Below, one piece after another: positions 49,402 through 58,752 of a stretch of 64,000 bases of DNA (position 1 is the stretch's first letter; the number at the start of each line of letters is the position of its first letter). A program made the translations under genes and the position numbers. This DNA is from Acidobacteriota bacterium (lineage in GTDB: Bacteria > Acidobacteriota > Blastocatellia > UBA7656). The stretch is from positions 326,221-390,220 of the forward strand of contig JBFMDH010000002.1 in assembly GCA_040754075.1 (NCBI GenBank), written 5' to 3'. The notes under the pieces were generated by a model, which was given only the letters and a program-made list of their open reading frames with translations, was not told the DNA's origin and did not search any database.

Positions 49402-50790
49402 CTAGCTAAGAATGTATTGACTGCCTGTCCCAATGAGCACCTCCAAATCCTGTTCGCTTTCTGCTTCTGCGTAAATTCTCACCAGCGGTTCGGTTCCCGA
49501 TGGGCGCATCAGCATCCACGAATCATCATCAAAAATAAATTTCACACCATCCACACGATTGATTTCTTTGACTCGCCGCCCGCCGAAATCTTCGGGCGCA
49601 CTGGCGAGTTTTTCCGGCAAAGCCTGTTGCAACTGCGGCGTCAGTTTTACACCGATGCGTTTGCTCACCAACTTGCCAACTTCCGTATAAATTTTTTCAA
49701 GCATCGCTTGAATCGTCGTACCGCGTTTGGCGACCATTTCGGCTACCAATAAACACGCGAGAATGCCGTCTTTTTCGGGGATATGCCCGCGAATCGAAAG
49801 CCCGGCGCTCTCTTCACCGCCGAGATAAATTTTATCGTCGTTAATCAGTTGCCCGATGAATTTAAATCCGACCGGCGTTTCAATAACCGGAATGCCGCGC
49901 CTGGCACACACCCGGTCAACCATATTGGTGGTCGCCACCGAACGCGCCACACCATTTGTCCAACCACGCGATTCGGCTAAGTAATCCGCCAGTAATGCAA
50001 TCACCAGATTCGGTAAGATGAAGGCGCCATCACGGTCTAAAATGCCGAAACGGTCGGCGTCGCCATCCGTCGATAACCCGATGTTGTAGCCGCCGGTGAT
50101 TACCTCATGCTTTAGCTCTTCGATATTTTCTGCGTCGGGTTCGGGGCTGCGATTGCCAAAATAGACATCGCGCCAATCATGCAACATCTTCACATCGCAA
50201 CCAACATCAGCAAGAGCTTTGTTCAAATAGCCGCGACCTGTGCCCCAAAGCGGGTCATAAGCGATGCGCAAGCCCGCCGCAGCAATCGCCTGCAAATCGA
50301 CTTTGGCGGCAATCTCTTTCAAATAATCATCAACCAATGAAAGCGACTTAACGTTGCCCTTTGCAGGTTTCGCTATCTCTGTGCCTTCGAGCTTACTAAT
50401 TTCTTGTTCGATTTGTTTGGTAACTTCCGGCAGCGCCGGTGCGCCATCGGGAGTCGAAAATTTCATGCCGCAATATTGCGGCGGGTTGTGGCTCGCCGTG
50501 AAATTGATGGCACCTGCCGCGCCGCTTGCGCGAATCGCATATGAGATTGCCGGAGTCGGCGTCGGTCTATCGCACAGATAAGTTTCAAATCCGTTTGCCG
50601 CAAGCAGGTTGGCGCACTCTTCGGCAAACACCTCTGCCATAAACCGCGTGTCGCAGCCAACAATAATTTGCTTGCTTGTGGCGTTGGCTTGCAAGTAATT
50701 GGCAATCGCTTGTGTGACCCGTCTTACAGTGACGAAGGTGAATTCGTCGGCGATGATTGCACGCCAACCCGAAGTCCCAAACTTAATCAT
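49402..50790 (-). CDS. phosphohexomutase family (phosphomannomutase/phosphoglucomutase-like)
   Basis: Active-site TASHNP, metal-binding DGDADR and the GEESAG sugar-binding loop. Confidence 0.8.
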   Translation of the reverse strand: MIKFGTSGWRAIIADEFTFVTVRRVTQAIANYLQANATSKQIIVGCDTRFMAEVFAEECANLLAANGFETYLCDRPTPTPAISYAIRASGAAGAINFTASHNPPQYCGMKFSTPDGAPALPEVTKQIEQEISKLEGTEIAKPAKGNVKSLSLVDDYLKEIAAKVDLQAIAAAGLRIAYDPLWGTGRGYLNKALADVGCDVKMLHDWRDVYFGNRSPEPDAENIEELKHEVITGGYNIGLSTDGDADRFGILDRDGAFILPNLVIALLADYLAESRGWTNGVARSVATTNMVDRVCARRGIPVIETPVGFKFIGQLINDDKIYLGGEESAGLSIRGHIPEKDGILACLLVAEMVAKRGTTIQAMLEKIYTEVGKLVSKRIGVKLTPQLQQALPEKLASAPEDFGGRRVKEINRVDGVKFIFDDDSWMLMRPSGTEPLVRIYAEAESEQDLEVLIGTGSQYILS

Positions 50791-51419
50791 GATTTAGACT
50801 CGCAGCCTACCTGTTCCCAAATAAGGTGGCTGAAATTATTTGAATATTGAAAAAACTATTAGGGCAAATTAGGGCAATAGAACCGAAGAGGGATTCGATA
50901 TTGCTGACAGGTGAGGACTGTAGCAGCTTTTATGACGTCTTGCAAGTATTTTCTTTTGAATAATTCAAAAGGGTAAGTTAAAGTTTCACGTTAAGTAAAA
51001 TGTCTCATTGATAAAACGCCGGTAAAAGTTATAAACAGGTGAAGTTCAGCTGTTGAAATTCTGTATTGGCGAAAAGCTGTTGAGCAATTAAGCCTACCTG
51101 TGAGCAGATGTGAGGGAAAATCTTTGATTTAAACTGTTCAACCGAAGATTGAGTTTGGAATTCTCGAATCGCAAACCGCCGGTCTATAAACCGGTTTGAA
51201 TTTTCCAACAGATGCAGCGGATAATTTGCGCCTATCGGCTCAATCCGCAATATCCGCCGGAAAACCCCGGTTGAAATTTTAGCCCGGTCACCTTTCGCGG
51301 ATTTTCGGTTACTGATTCTTTCATAAATTTTTCATAGCCGGACACCGGGCTAGGCAACTGCAAATCCCCATCAAGAAAAATTCGCTTTCAATTGCGACTC
51401 AGGCTTTGAATCATTATGC

Positions 51420-52400
51420 TTGGGACTGCAAAAAATTCGGAGGGCAAGCGCATTGTACGTAAACCATCTCGTTGAACACATCAGACGCGAAATTCACAAA
51501 GTCATCGTCGGACAAGACCACGTACTCGAACAAATTTTAATCGTTCTCTTAACCGAAGGGCACGCTTTGATTGAAGGCGTGCCGGGCACTGCGAAAACCT
51601 TGATTGTTAAAACCCTGGCGCGCATCATCGGTTTGCATTTCGGGCGCATTCAATTCACGCCCGACTTGATGCCTGCGGATGTCACCGGCACCAATATTTT
51701 CAACATGGCGACTTCGACTTTTAATCTACGCTATGGGCCGATTTTTACCGACCTGTTGCTTGCAGATGAAATCAACCGCACACCGCCCAAGACCCAAGCC
51801 GCGCTGCTTGAAGCAATGGAAGAGCGCCAGGTGACGATTGACGGCGAGCTGCACAAACTGTCGCCGATGTTTACGGTACTGGCGACACAAAACCCGATTG
51901 AATACGAAGGGACGTATCCGTTACCGGAAGCCCAACTCGACAGATTTTTATTGAAGATTCTGGTGAATTACCCTGAAGAGTTGCAGGAAGTGCAAGTCGT
52001 CGCCAACTGGAACGCGGGATTTAATGCGCGAAGACTTGAAGATGTAAACATCATTCCGCTGCAAGACCCGGCGCTGCTTTTGCAAGCGCGTTCGCAGGTG
52101 CGAGGGGTAACTGTCGAAGACGGCATTCAACGTTACATCGTGTCAATTGTGCGCGCCACACGTTCGGCATTAAACATCACTTGGGGCGCAAGCCCGCGTG
52201 CCTGTGTCGCGTTGTTGCTCTGCTCGAAAGCCCTGGCGGCGCTTCGCGGGCGCGAATTCGTCACCCCCGATGATGTGAAAGAGATTGCCAAGCCCGTCCT
52301 TCGCCATCGCCTGGTCTTGCGTTCGGAAGCCGAAATCGAAGGCACGTCAGCCGACGAAGTTCTCGACGAAGTGATTTCAGGCATCGAAGTTCCGCGATAA
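51420..52400 (+). CDS. MoxR-family AAA+ ATPase
   Basis: GVPGTAKT Walker A, DEINR Walker B and a C-terminal MoxR lid. Partner DUF58 protein is at 53247. Confidence 0.88.
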   Translation: MGLQKIRRASALYVNHLVEHIRREIHKVIVGQDHVLEQILIVLLTEGHALIEGVPGTAKTLIVKTLARIIGLHFGRIQFTPDLMPADVTGTNIFNMATSTFNLRYGPIFTDLLLADEINRTPPKTQAALLEAMEERQVTIDGELHKLSPMFTVLATQNPIEYEGTYPLPEAQLDRFLLKILVNYPEELQEVQVVANWNAGFNARRLEDVNIIPLQDPALLLQARSQVRGVTVEDGIQRYIVSIVRATRSALNITWGASPRACVALLLCSKALAALRGREFVTPDDVKEIAKPVLRHRLVLRSEAEIEGTSADEVLDEVISGIEVPR

Positions 52401-52492
52401 TTGCGGCTTGCGAAATGCGAATTGCCGATTGCGAGAACTATCTTGCTTTTTGTTTTATGTTTCAATTCACAACCTAATCGGTAAACGATGAA

Positions 52493-53113
52493 TTGAATAC
52501 ATTGCCTGAAATACAAATGAATAAAGAAGAAGTTGATAAAAACGAAAATTCGCCGGAGCCATCGCAAACCATCCGCAATCCGCAATCTGCAATCTGCAAT
52601 TCTCCGATTCCTGCGGCAGCGGTAGCGTTGGTGCGAGATACCGCGCAGGGGATTGAAGTCTATTTGAATAAACGTCCGGCGCATTTTCGTTATTATCCCG
52701 GCGCCTTTGTTTTTCCCGGCGGGCGGGTTGATGAAACTGACGGCGACATACAGGTTACCGCCTGTCGCGAAGTGCGCGAAGAAATCGGCGTTGAGATTCA
52801 TCCCGAAGGTCTGGCTTTGCTCAGAGACATTTACACCAACCCGAAAGCCGGGCCGGTCTATCATATGAAAACCTTCGCCTATGAAATCATCGGCGAGATG
52901 CCGACAGTTTTGAACACGGAAGAAGTAGACGGCGAAATCTGGATTGGCGCCAAAGAAGTTCTCAGTTTACGCGAAACGATTTTTACGCCCTATCAGGTGA
53001 GCGCGGCAATTTATACCATCTCGCGATTTGATAAAGTCTTGGAGTTGCTCGCGGCTTTGCAACACGGACACATCAACGACCAGTATCTGCCGCACAGGGA
53101 TTATTGGCTTTAA
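52493..53113 (+). CDS. NUDIX hydrolase (start likely downstream of annotated; N-terminus contains GCAATCC/GCAATCT heptamer array)
   Basis: Nudix box GGRVDETDGDIQVTACREVREEIGV. Confidence 0.7.
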   Translation: MNTLPEIQMNKEEVDKNENSPEPSQTIRNPQSAICNSPIPAAAVALVRDTAQGIEVYLNKRPAHFRYYPGAFVFPGGRVDETDGDIQVTACREVREEIGVEIHPEGLALLRDIYTNPKAGPVYHMKTFAYEIIGEMPTVLNTEEVDGEIWIGAKEVLSLRETIFTPYQVSAAIYTISRFDKVLELLAALQHGHINDQYLPHRDYWL

Positions 53114-53250
53114 GAGTCCGTAGTCCGTAGTCTGTAGTCCGTAGCAGAAAACGAAGCTTTTGAAATTGGCTCCTGTAGCCGGTTTCGAGGCAACGCTGCT
53201 ACTGACTACTGACGACTGACTACCGACTACTGACTACCGACTACTGATGC
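53114..53250. repeat. inverted heptamer arrays (GTCCGTA x4 ... CTGACTA/CCGACTA x6) between NUDIX gene and DUF58 gene
   Basis: gagtccgtagtccgtagtctgtagtccgtagcag, a spacer, then ctactgactactgacgactgactaccgactactgactaccgactactga. Confidence 0.5.
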
Positions 53251-54569
53251 TGAATTTTGTTTTTACCAATTTATTTTTTTATCTGCTCGCGCTAGGGATT
53301 GCGCTCTTGTCGCTTGGCTGGATAAATCGCGGGGCGCTCTATTTGACGATTCTCTATGACGCCATACTTTTTTTGCTTGCCAGTCTGGATTATTTCATTT
53401 CCGAAAGCGGCAAGGATTTTCAAATTGAGCGCGAGATGGATGAACGGTTTGCGATGGGCGCGGAAAATCCGGTTGCCGTTAAAATTCGCAATCGTACGCG
53501 CCGTCCGGTGAAATTCATTGTAAAGGACGAATACCCGGCGCAGATGGAACTGGTAAGTCCGCGCATCGCCGTGCTTACGGTGCCGCCTGGTCGCGCGCGC
53601 ACCTGGAAATATGAACTGCTGCCAACGACACGCGGCAAATACGAATTTGGCAATACGGCTCTCAGGTTTCGCTCAAAGCTTGGACTGTTGTGGAAGCAAT
53701 ACAGCTATCCGACGGCAAGCGATGTCAAAGTTTATCCCAACATTCGTGAAGCAAAAAAAAATGAATTGTACGCGCATCGCAATCGTCGCCCAGACCCCGG
53801 CATTCGCCGTATGCAACTCAAAGGGCAGGGGCGCGAGTTTGAATCCATGCGCGAATTCGTGACTGGCGATGAGATTCGCCATATCTCCTGGGCAGCAAGC
53901 GCGCGGCGCGGCAAACTCATCACCCGGCAATATACCATCGAGCGCAGTCAAAATATTGTCATCGTGCTCGACACCGGGCGGTTGATGACGGCGCGCATCG
54001 GCAAACTTTCTAAATTAGATCACGCCATCAATGCCGCGCTCTCTATCGCCTACGTAGCCGCATCAGGCGGCGATAACATCGGGCTTTTGGCATTTTCGCG
54101 AAAGGTGATTGATTATCTGCCGCCGCGCAAAGGGCACGACCAACTCAATCGCCTGCTGGAATCGCTTTATCATCTGGAGCCGCAGCTTGTTGAACCGAGC
54201 TACACGCGGGCGTTCAATTTTTTCAGCAGCAATTGTAAGCGGCGTTCGCTGGTCGTCATCTTAACCGACCTAGTTGACCGCGAAGCCTCTGCGGAGCTTT
54301 TAACTCATACGTCGAAACTCATCCCGCGCCATTTGCCGTTGATTGTGACGATTGGCGATACCGACCTGCGTGAACTGGTGCGCACGGTGCCCGCGAAATC
54401 ATCCGAGGTCTATGAACAGGGCGTTGCTGAAGAGATTTTAAGACAACGCGAAGAAGCCCTCTCACGCATTCGTCACGCCGGTGGTCTTGCACTTGATGTT
54501 CCCGCCCGCCAGCTTTCGATTTCATTAGTGAACAAGTACCTCGAAGTTAAAGAACGTGGGCTGTTATAG
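53247..54569 (+). CDS. DUF58-family protein (vWA-like, MoxR partner)
   Basis: Two N-terminal TM segments and the DUF58 core, including FESMREFVTGDEIRHISW. Confidence 0.8.
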   Translation: MLNFVFTNLFFYLLALGIALLSLGWINRGALYLTILYDAILFLLASLDYFISESGKDFQIEREMDERFAMGAENPVAVKIRNRTRRPVKFIVKDEYPAQMELVSPRIAVLTVPPGRARTWKYELLPTTRGKYEFGNTALRFRSKLGLLWKQYSYPTASDVKVYPNIREAKKNELYAHRNRRPDPGIRRMQLKGQGREFESMREFVTGDEIRHISWAASARRGKLITRQYTIERSQNIVIVLDTGRLMTARIGKLSKLDHAINAALSIAYVAASGGDNIGLLAFSRKVIDYLPPRKGHDQLNRLLESLYHLEPQLVEPSYTRAFNFFSSNCKRRSLVVILTDLVDREASAELLTHTSKLIPRHLPLIVTIGDTDLRELVRTVPAKSSEVYEQGVAEEILRQREEALSRIRHAGGLALDVPARQLSISLVNKYLEVKERGLL

Positions 54570-54642
54570 GAAAGGCAAAAGGCAAAAATCAAAGGGCAGA
54601 AGTGAATTGCGCTTATGAAAGCAGCGTTCAAAAAATATAAGT

Positions 54643-55041
54643 ATGGAAACCGGTTACCTGAACACAGATTTGGTGATTGATTCAAAAGATGATCTCTCGC
54701 CAATCGTGGAAGCATTCGGTGATCGTGTTCTGGTTTTACATCACGGTGAAATAGGTGAATGCCGTCACGCTGCTTTTGAATTGACAGCTAGTGGACTTGA
54801 AAAAGACCCGGAGACAACGATTAAAAATTTTTGTTTGCTGGTTGAAAGCCTTCCCGAAGAAGTTCGGGAAATTTGGGATGCCTGTGGTTCGCGAATCCTG
54901 GATATCGGATATGAGAGCGGCATCGCCCCATTCAATTTTGAATCCGAAATCAGCGCCGCTACTCTCCAACGAGTTGCCGGAATCGGCGCAAGCATCAAGG
55001 TCACGATTTATGCGTACCGTGAAGTGAATGATGCGCAATAA
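54643..55041 (+). CDS. hypothetical small protein (132 aa) in AT-rich islet; stop immediately followed by 33-bp repeat copy A
   Basis: ORF lies in a low-GC segment and has no recognised family. Confidence 0.4.
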   Translation: METGYLNTDLVIDSKDDLSPIVEAFGDRVLVLHHGEIGECRHAAFELTASGLEKDPETTIKNFCLLVESLPEEVREIWDACGSRILDIGYESGIAPFNFESEISAATLQRVAGIGASIKVTIYAYREVNDAQ

Positions 55042-55070
55042 CGACAGGCGCGGTCAGAGACCGCTTGCTC
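55038..55070 (+). repeat. dispersed ~33-bp repeat, copy A (TAACGACAGGCGCGGTCAGAGACCGCTTGCTC)
   Basis: Near-identical copy at 55485-55516. Related cores at 56066-56110 and 59757-59770. Confidence 0.7.
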
Positions 55071-55117
55071 GATCTGAAAAGAATTTTGCATTCAATAATG
55101 GAAGGTAAGTAAAGGAG

Positions 55118-55453
55118 TTGGACTTGGCAGATTGGGTATTTACCGGTGGAACAACCACTATAATTCAAGGAATAGACAACTCAATTTCAGATTATGAACA
55201 ATGGCGACAACGTGTTGTGCAATTCATCTTAAAGATTGCTGAGAGTCCCGATTTTGCAGTAAAGGACAATGGTTATGAAAAATTTCCAGAGGTCTTAGTT
55301 GGTGGAGTTGCGTGCTTTTATCGAGGCAAGCCTTTTGCAATTTTTTGTGATTTACCAAATGAACTTATTATTTGCCACAATTCTCTGAGGCTTCAATTAG
55401 CAAACGATCTTATCAATGAACTTAAAACATTGTGGCTAAAAACCATGTATTAA
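55118..55453 (+). CDS. hypothetical small protein (111 aa) in AT-rich islet, flanked by direct-repeat copies A and B
   Basis: ORF between two copies of the 33-bp repeat, with low GC. Confidence 0.4.
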   Translation: MDLADWVFTGGTTTIIQGIDNSISDYEQWRQRVVQFILKIAESPDFAVKDNGYEKFPEVLVGGVACFYRGKPFAIFCDLPNELIICHNSLRLQLANDLINELKTLWLKTMY

Positions 55454-55484
55454 GTTTCCTTAATAAGGGAATTCTTAATCAGAC

Positions 55485-55542
55485 TAACGACAGGCGCGGT
55501 CAGAGACCGCTTGCTCAACCTGTTGAATGAGGGTTTCTGACC
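55485..55542 (+). repeat. dispersed repeat copy B extended into an imperfect palindrome (GGTCAGA...TCAAC-CT-GTTGA...TCTGACC)
   Basis: taacgacaggcgcggtcagagaccgcttgctcaacctgttgaatgagggtttctgacc. Confidence 0.65.
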
Positions 55543-55582
55543 AACGAAGAACCTTTGCTCAACTTAGCGAACAGCTTTGCAA

Positions 55583-56005
55583 TTAATCGTGAACCTCAAA
55601 CGGTTTGCCCATCAAAAAAATACCGCTGGCGCGAACGATCTGTTTTTTACCAACCGTTAAACAGGCGCTCGCAAAAGCCGTTCGACCTTCCTTCTTTTGA
55701 ATTTCAACGCGGGCTTCGACCCAATCGCCGTTTCTTGCGCTGCCGATGAAATCAACCGTCAAATTAACCGTCACCAGTGAACGCGGCGGCATGGTTGAAA
55801 AGACCAGATTGTAACCAAGCGCAATGTCGGCAAGCGATGCCAGCACGCCGCCATGCGCGATGCCGCGCGTATTCGCATGTTTTTCTTCAATGCGTAAACC
55901 GATGACTGCGTATTCGTCCTCTTTTTTGATGTAGACAGGACCGAGTGTATGGATGAACGGACTCGGACGATTGAACAGAACAAAACCTTCGGGAATTTCT
56001 TTCAT
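55583..56005 (-). CDS. hotdog-fold acyl-CoA thioesterase (PaaI/YbgC-like)
   Basis: GIAHGGVLASLADIALGYN is the PaaI-type catalytic region. Length 140 aa. Confidence 0.75.
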   Translation of the reverse strand: MKEIPEGFVLFNRPSPFIHTLGPVYIKKEDEYAVIGLRIEEKHANTRGIAHGGVLASLADIALGYNLVFSTMPPRSLVTVNLTVDFIGSARNGDWVEARVEIQKKEGRTAFASACLTVGKKQIVRASGIFLMGKPFEVHD

Positions 56006-56196
56006 GGGGTTTCAATTGAATAAATAAAAATTTGAATTGCGCTTCAAGCCATATGCCTATCGCAACCATCAGGCAAGAATGCAATCCGCTTGCTCAACCT
56101 GTTAATTGTTGGCAGAGACCGCTTGTGCAATTTGAGTGGTTAGAGACTACTTCCTCAACTTTTTACTTTTGCCTTTTGATTTTTGCCTTTTGCCTT

Positions 56197-56967
56197 TTAC
56201 TTAAACGTTCCGTGTTTGCCTTCGCCTTGCGCGAAACGTCGAGCGCCCGCCACCGATTCACCGGAATCGAGAATCGCTTTACCGAGGGTGAATTCGTTTC
56301 TGATGGCTTCGTCCCAACTCAAATCCCACTGCTCATAAGCCGATTGTCTATCCGAACGCATACAGGCTTGCGGAAAGGCGGCAATCTGTTGAGCAACTTT
56401 GATGGCTTCAGCTAAAGCTTCGCCGCTTTCAACCAGACGATTGACGAGTCCCATTCTCAAAGCTTCTTCACCGGTTACGCCGCGGCCCGTCAAAATCAAA
56501 TCCATCGCATTGCTATGACCGATAAGCCTCGGCAAACGAATCGTGCCGAGGTCAATGAGCGGCACGCCGAAGCGGCGACAATAAACGCCAAATATCGCGT
56601 CGCGCGCCGCCACACGCATATCGCACCACAGGGCTAATTCCAAACCGCCCGCAACCGCGAAGCCTTCAACCGCCGCAATCACCGGTTTCGTGAGCCGCAT
56701 TCGGGTTGGTCCCATCGGCGCGAGTTCGCTGTGCTCATCGTTGTCGCGTTTGTCGCCTCCGGCAACCGCTTTCAAATCTGCGCCCGCGCAAAAGACGCCC
56801 TCTGCGCCGGTAAACACTGCGACATTCAATGAATCGTCGGCGTCGAATTTGGCAAAGGCGTCAAAGAGTTCAATCGCGGTGTCGGAATCAACCGCGTTGC
56901 GAACCTGCGGGCGGTTGATGGTCACAATAGCAATAGAATCCTGCGTTTCAAAAATGACGTTTGGCAT
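56197..56967 (-). CDS. enoyl-CoA hydratase/isomerase (crotonase family)
   Basis: Oxyanion-hole motifs AVEGFAVAGGLELAL and FTGAEGVFCAGADLK. Confidence 0.85.
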   Translation of the reverse strand: MPNVIFETQDSIAIVTINRPQVRNAVDSDTAIELFDAFAKFDADDSLNVAVFTGAEGVFCAGADLKAVAGGDKRDNDEHSELAPMGPTRMRLTKPVIAAVEGFAVAGGLELALWCDMRVAARDAIFGVYCRRFGVPLIDLGTIRLPRLIGHSNAMDLILTGRGVTGEEALRMGLVNRLVESGEALAEAIKVAQQIAAFPQACMRSDRQSAYEQWDLSWDEAIRNEFTLGKAILDSGESVAGARRFAQGEGKHGTFK

Positions 56968-57019
56968 ATATTCTCCAAATAAGAATTTGTCAGTACCGCC
57001 TGCTTGAGCGGACGGAGAA

Positions 57020-57597
57020 GTCAGTACCGCCTGCGGTAGCGGGCGGGTACTTCAGTCAAATTCCGGAAGCACATCACCTTGTCCGTTAATGACATAGTCA
57101 ATAGCTCGTTCGACGCTGTTCTCAGTCCACAAATATCGTTTACTTCCTTTGTCTGCCCAAGGACTACATTGCCGTTGCCAGTATCCATCTTGGCGCATTT
57201 GCCGCGTTGCATTAGCTTTCAAAGCGTTAAGTGCAAGTTCGGGTTTTAACTCTCCAATTGAAGCAACAAGGTGAATATGATTGGTGCGAACATTAATTGC
57301 AAGGAGCGACCATTTGCGTAAATCACAGGTCTCTCGAATAGCAAACTCCACAGACTTTCGTTGACTGGGATCTAATGTGACAGGTTCACCTTTTAGAATT
57401 TGCTTATTGTACTTTTCCCATTGTTTGTTGGGTGAAATAAAAGGCGATTGGTAACGATTATGGAAACGGTCTGTTGAGCGACGTGAGTCCCCATGCAGCC
57501 AAGTTCCATGGCAGCGAAATGTGATGAGATAGGCTAAAGGGGTATCTGTGTCGTTCCACATAATTCAAACCCGCCCGCTACCACAGGCGGTACTGAC
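57020..57597. mobile_element. IS200/IS605-like Y1 (HUH) transposase / REP-associated tyrosine transposase unit flanked by 29-bp inverted repeats
   Basis: Left IR is gtcagtaccgcctgcggtagcgggcgggt (57020-57048). Right IR is acccgcccgctaccacaggcggtactgac (57569-57597), with one mismatch. An extra partial left copy sits at 56989-57019. Confidence 0.75.
57052..57561 (-). CDS. Y1 HUH transposase (IS200-like / RAYT)
   Basis: HUH motif TNHIHLV, a downstream catalytic Tyr region and a length of 169 aa. Confidence 0.75.
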   Translation of the reverse strand: MWNDTDTPLAYLITFRCHGTWLHGDSRRSTDRFHNRYQSPFISPNKQWEKYNKQILKGEPVTLDPSQRKSVEFAIRETCDLRKWSLLAINVRTNHIHLVASIGELKPELALNALKANATRQMRQDGYWQRQCSPWADKGSKRYLWTENSVERAIDYVINGQGDVLPEFD

Positions 57598-57629
57598 AAT
57601 CACGCTACCGCAAAATACTCGCTACCGCA

Positions 57630-58598
57630 TTACGGACGGGCACTGCCTGCTGCTTCACGACGGTCGGGCTTGAGGAAATAGACCACTAAAAAAATGGCGC
57701 TCATCATTGAAACCGCAAATTTGTAATAAGGCGAAACCGGCGCCGGTGAAAGAAAACCTTCGATGAGACCTGCGACCAGTAACATCGGCACACAACCCAG
57801 AATCAGTTTAATTGCCAATAATCCGTTGGTCACCAGCGCATCAATGCGCCGCATATCGCCGGGCATCAACATCGCTTTGCCGATCAGTAAACCCGCGCCG
57901 CCCGATATAAAAATCGCGGTGAGTTCGATGACTCCGTGGGCGCTAACGAAAATCGGCACATCGGTAAATTTATATTTCAGACAAAGCCCCATCACGACGC
58001 CGAACATCAAGCCGTTATTCGCCATCACGTAAAGCGTCAATAGCCCAGCCGTCACGCCGCCCGCAAAGGCTATGAAAGTAACTTGAATATTATTGGCTTG
58101 AATTGCGGTTGCGAATATCGGGTTTTTATTGCCTTCGTTGAGGCTCGCTGTCCAATTTTCGTGATTGATAATTTTGCGGCGCAAATCCGGGTAAGTCTTT
58201 TCGGTGAACCGCTCATCGAGGAAACTCACGCCAAAACCGAACGCCGTGGTGAATAAAAAAATCAGAAACGAAGTGAGGATATAGCCAAATGCCTGACGGA
58301 AGGCGGCAGGAAATTCGTAACGAAAAAAATCTTTGAAGACGCCAAAGCCCGATGACTCGCTGCGATAAATCGCGCCGTGCGCGCGGGCGACCAGATGATT
58401 TAAATAATTCACCAGGCGTTGATCGCGCACCTCTTCGCGGGCAATCGCCAAATCCGCCGCCGTGCGACGATAGAGTTGTCCGAACTCGCGCACCTCTTCG
58501 CCCGATAGGTTGGTTAAGCGGTATTTCGAGGCGCGTCCGGTTAAATCTTCGAGCCGTTTCCATTTTGCAAGTCGCGTTTTCAAGAGGTCTTTGAGCAT
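57630..58598 (-). CDS. DUF95/SpoIIM-family integral membrane protein
   Basis: N-terminal soluble region, then five to six TM helices matching the stage II sporulation protein M-like family. Confidence 0.55.
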   Translation of the reverse strand: MLKDLLKTRLAKWKRLEDLTGRASKYRLTNLSGEEVREFGQLYRRTAADLAIAREEVRDQRLVNYLNHLVARAHGAIYRSESSGFGVFKDFFRYEFPAAFRQAFGYILTSFLIFLFTTAFGFGVSFLDERFTEKTYPDLRRKIINHENWTASLNEGNKNPIFATAIQANNIQVTFIAFAGGVTAGLLTLYVMANNGLMFGVVMGLCLKYKFTDVPIFVSAHGVIELTAIFISGGAGLLIGKAMLMPGDMRRIDALVTNGLLAIKLILGCVPMLLVAGLIEGFLSPAPVSPYYKFAVSMMSAIFLVVYFLKPDRREAAGSARP

Positions 58599-58624
58599 AG
58601 ACGCAAGATTAGCACGCGGAAAAG

Positions 58625-58752
58625 CAGAAGTCAGGAGTCAGAATCCAGAAGTCAGAATAATTCGATTGGCTAAATTTTAAAGATAAACCTCATTCTCAAC
58701 TAAAGGCGCATCGTCTATACTTCTGACTTCTGATTTCTGACTCCTGGATTCT
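58625..58752. repeat. inverted heptamer arrays (AGAAGTC/AGGAGTC ... TTCTGAC/CTCCTGG) in the divergent region upstream of holB
   Basis: cagaagtcaggagtcagaatccagaagtcagaa, a 62-nt AT-rich spacer, then ttctgacttctgatttctgactcctggattct. Confidence 0.55.

Noticed and set aside
51029-51250. 73-aa minus-strand ORF in the AT-rich intergenic gap
   Set aside because: No RBS and no homology cues are evident. AT-rich sequence yields such ORFs by chance. The region is kept as a finding about non-coding content instead.
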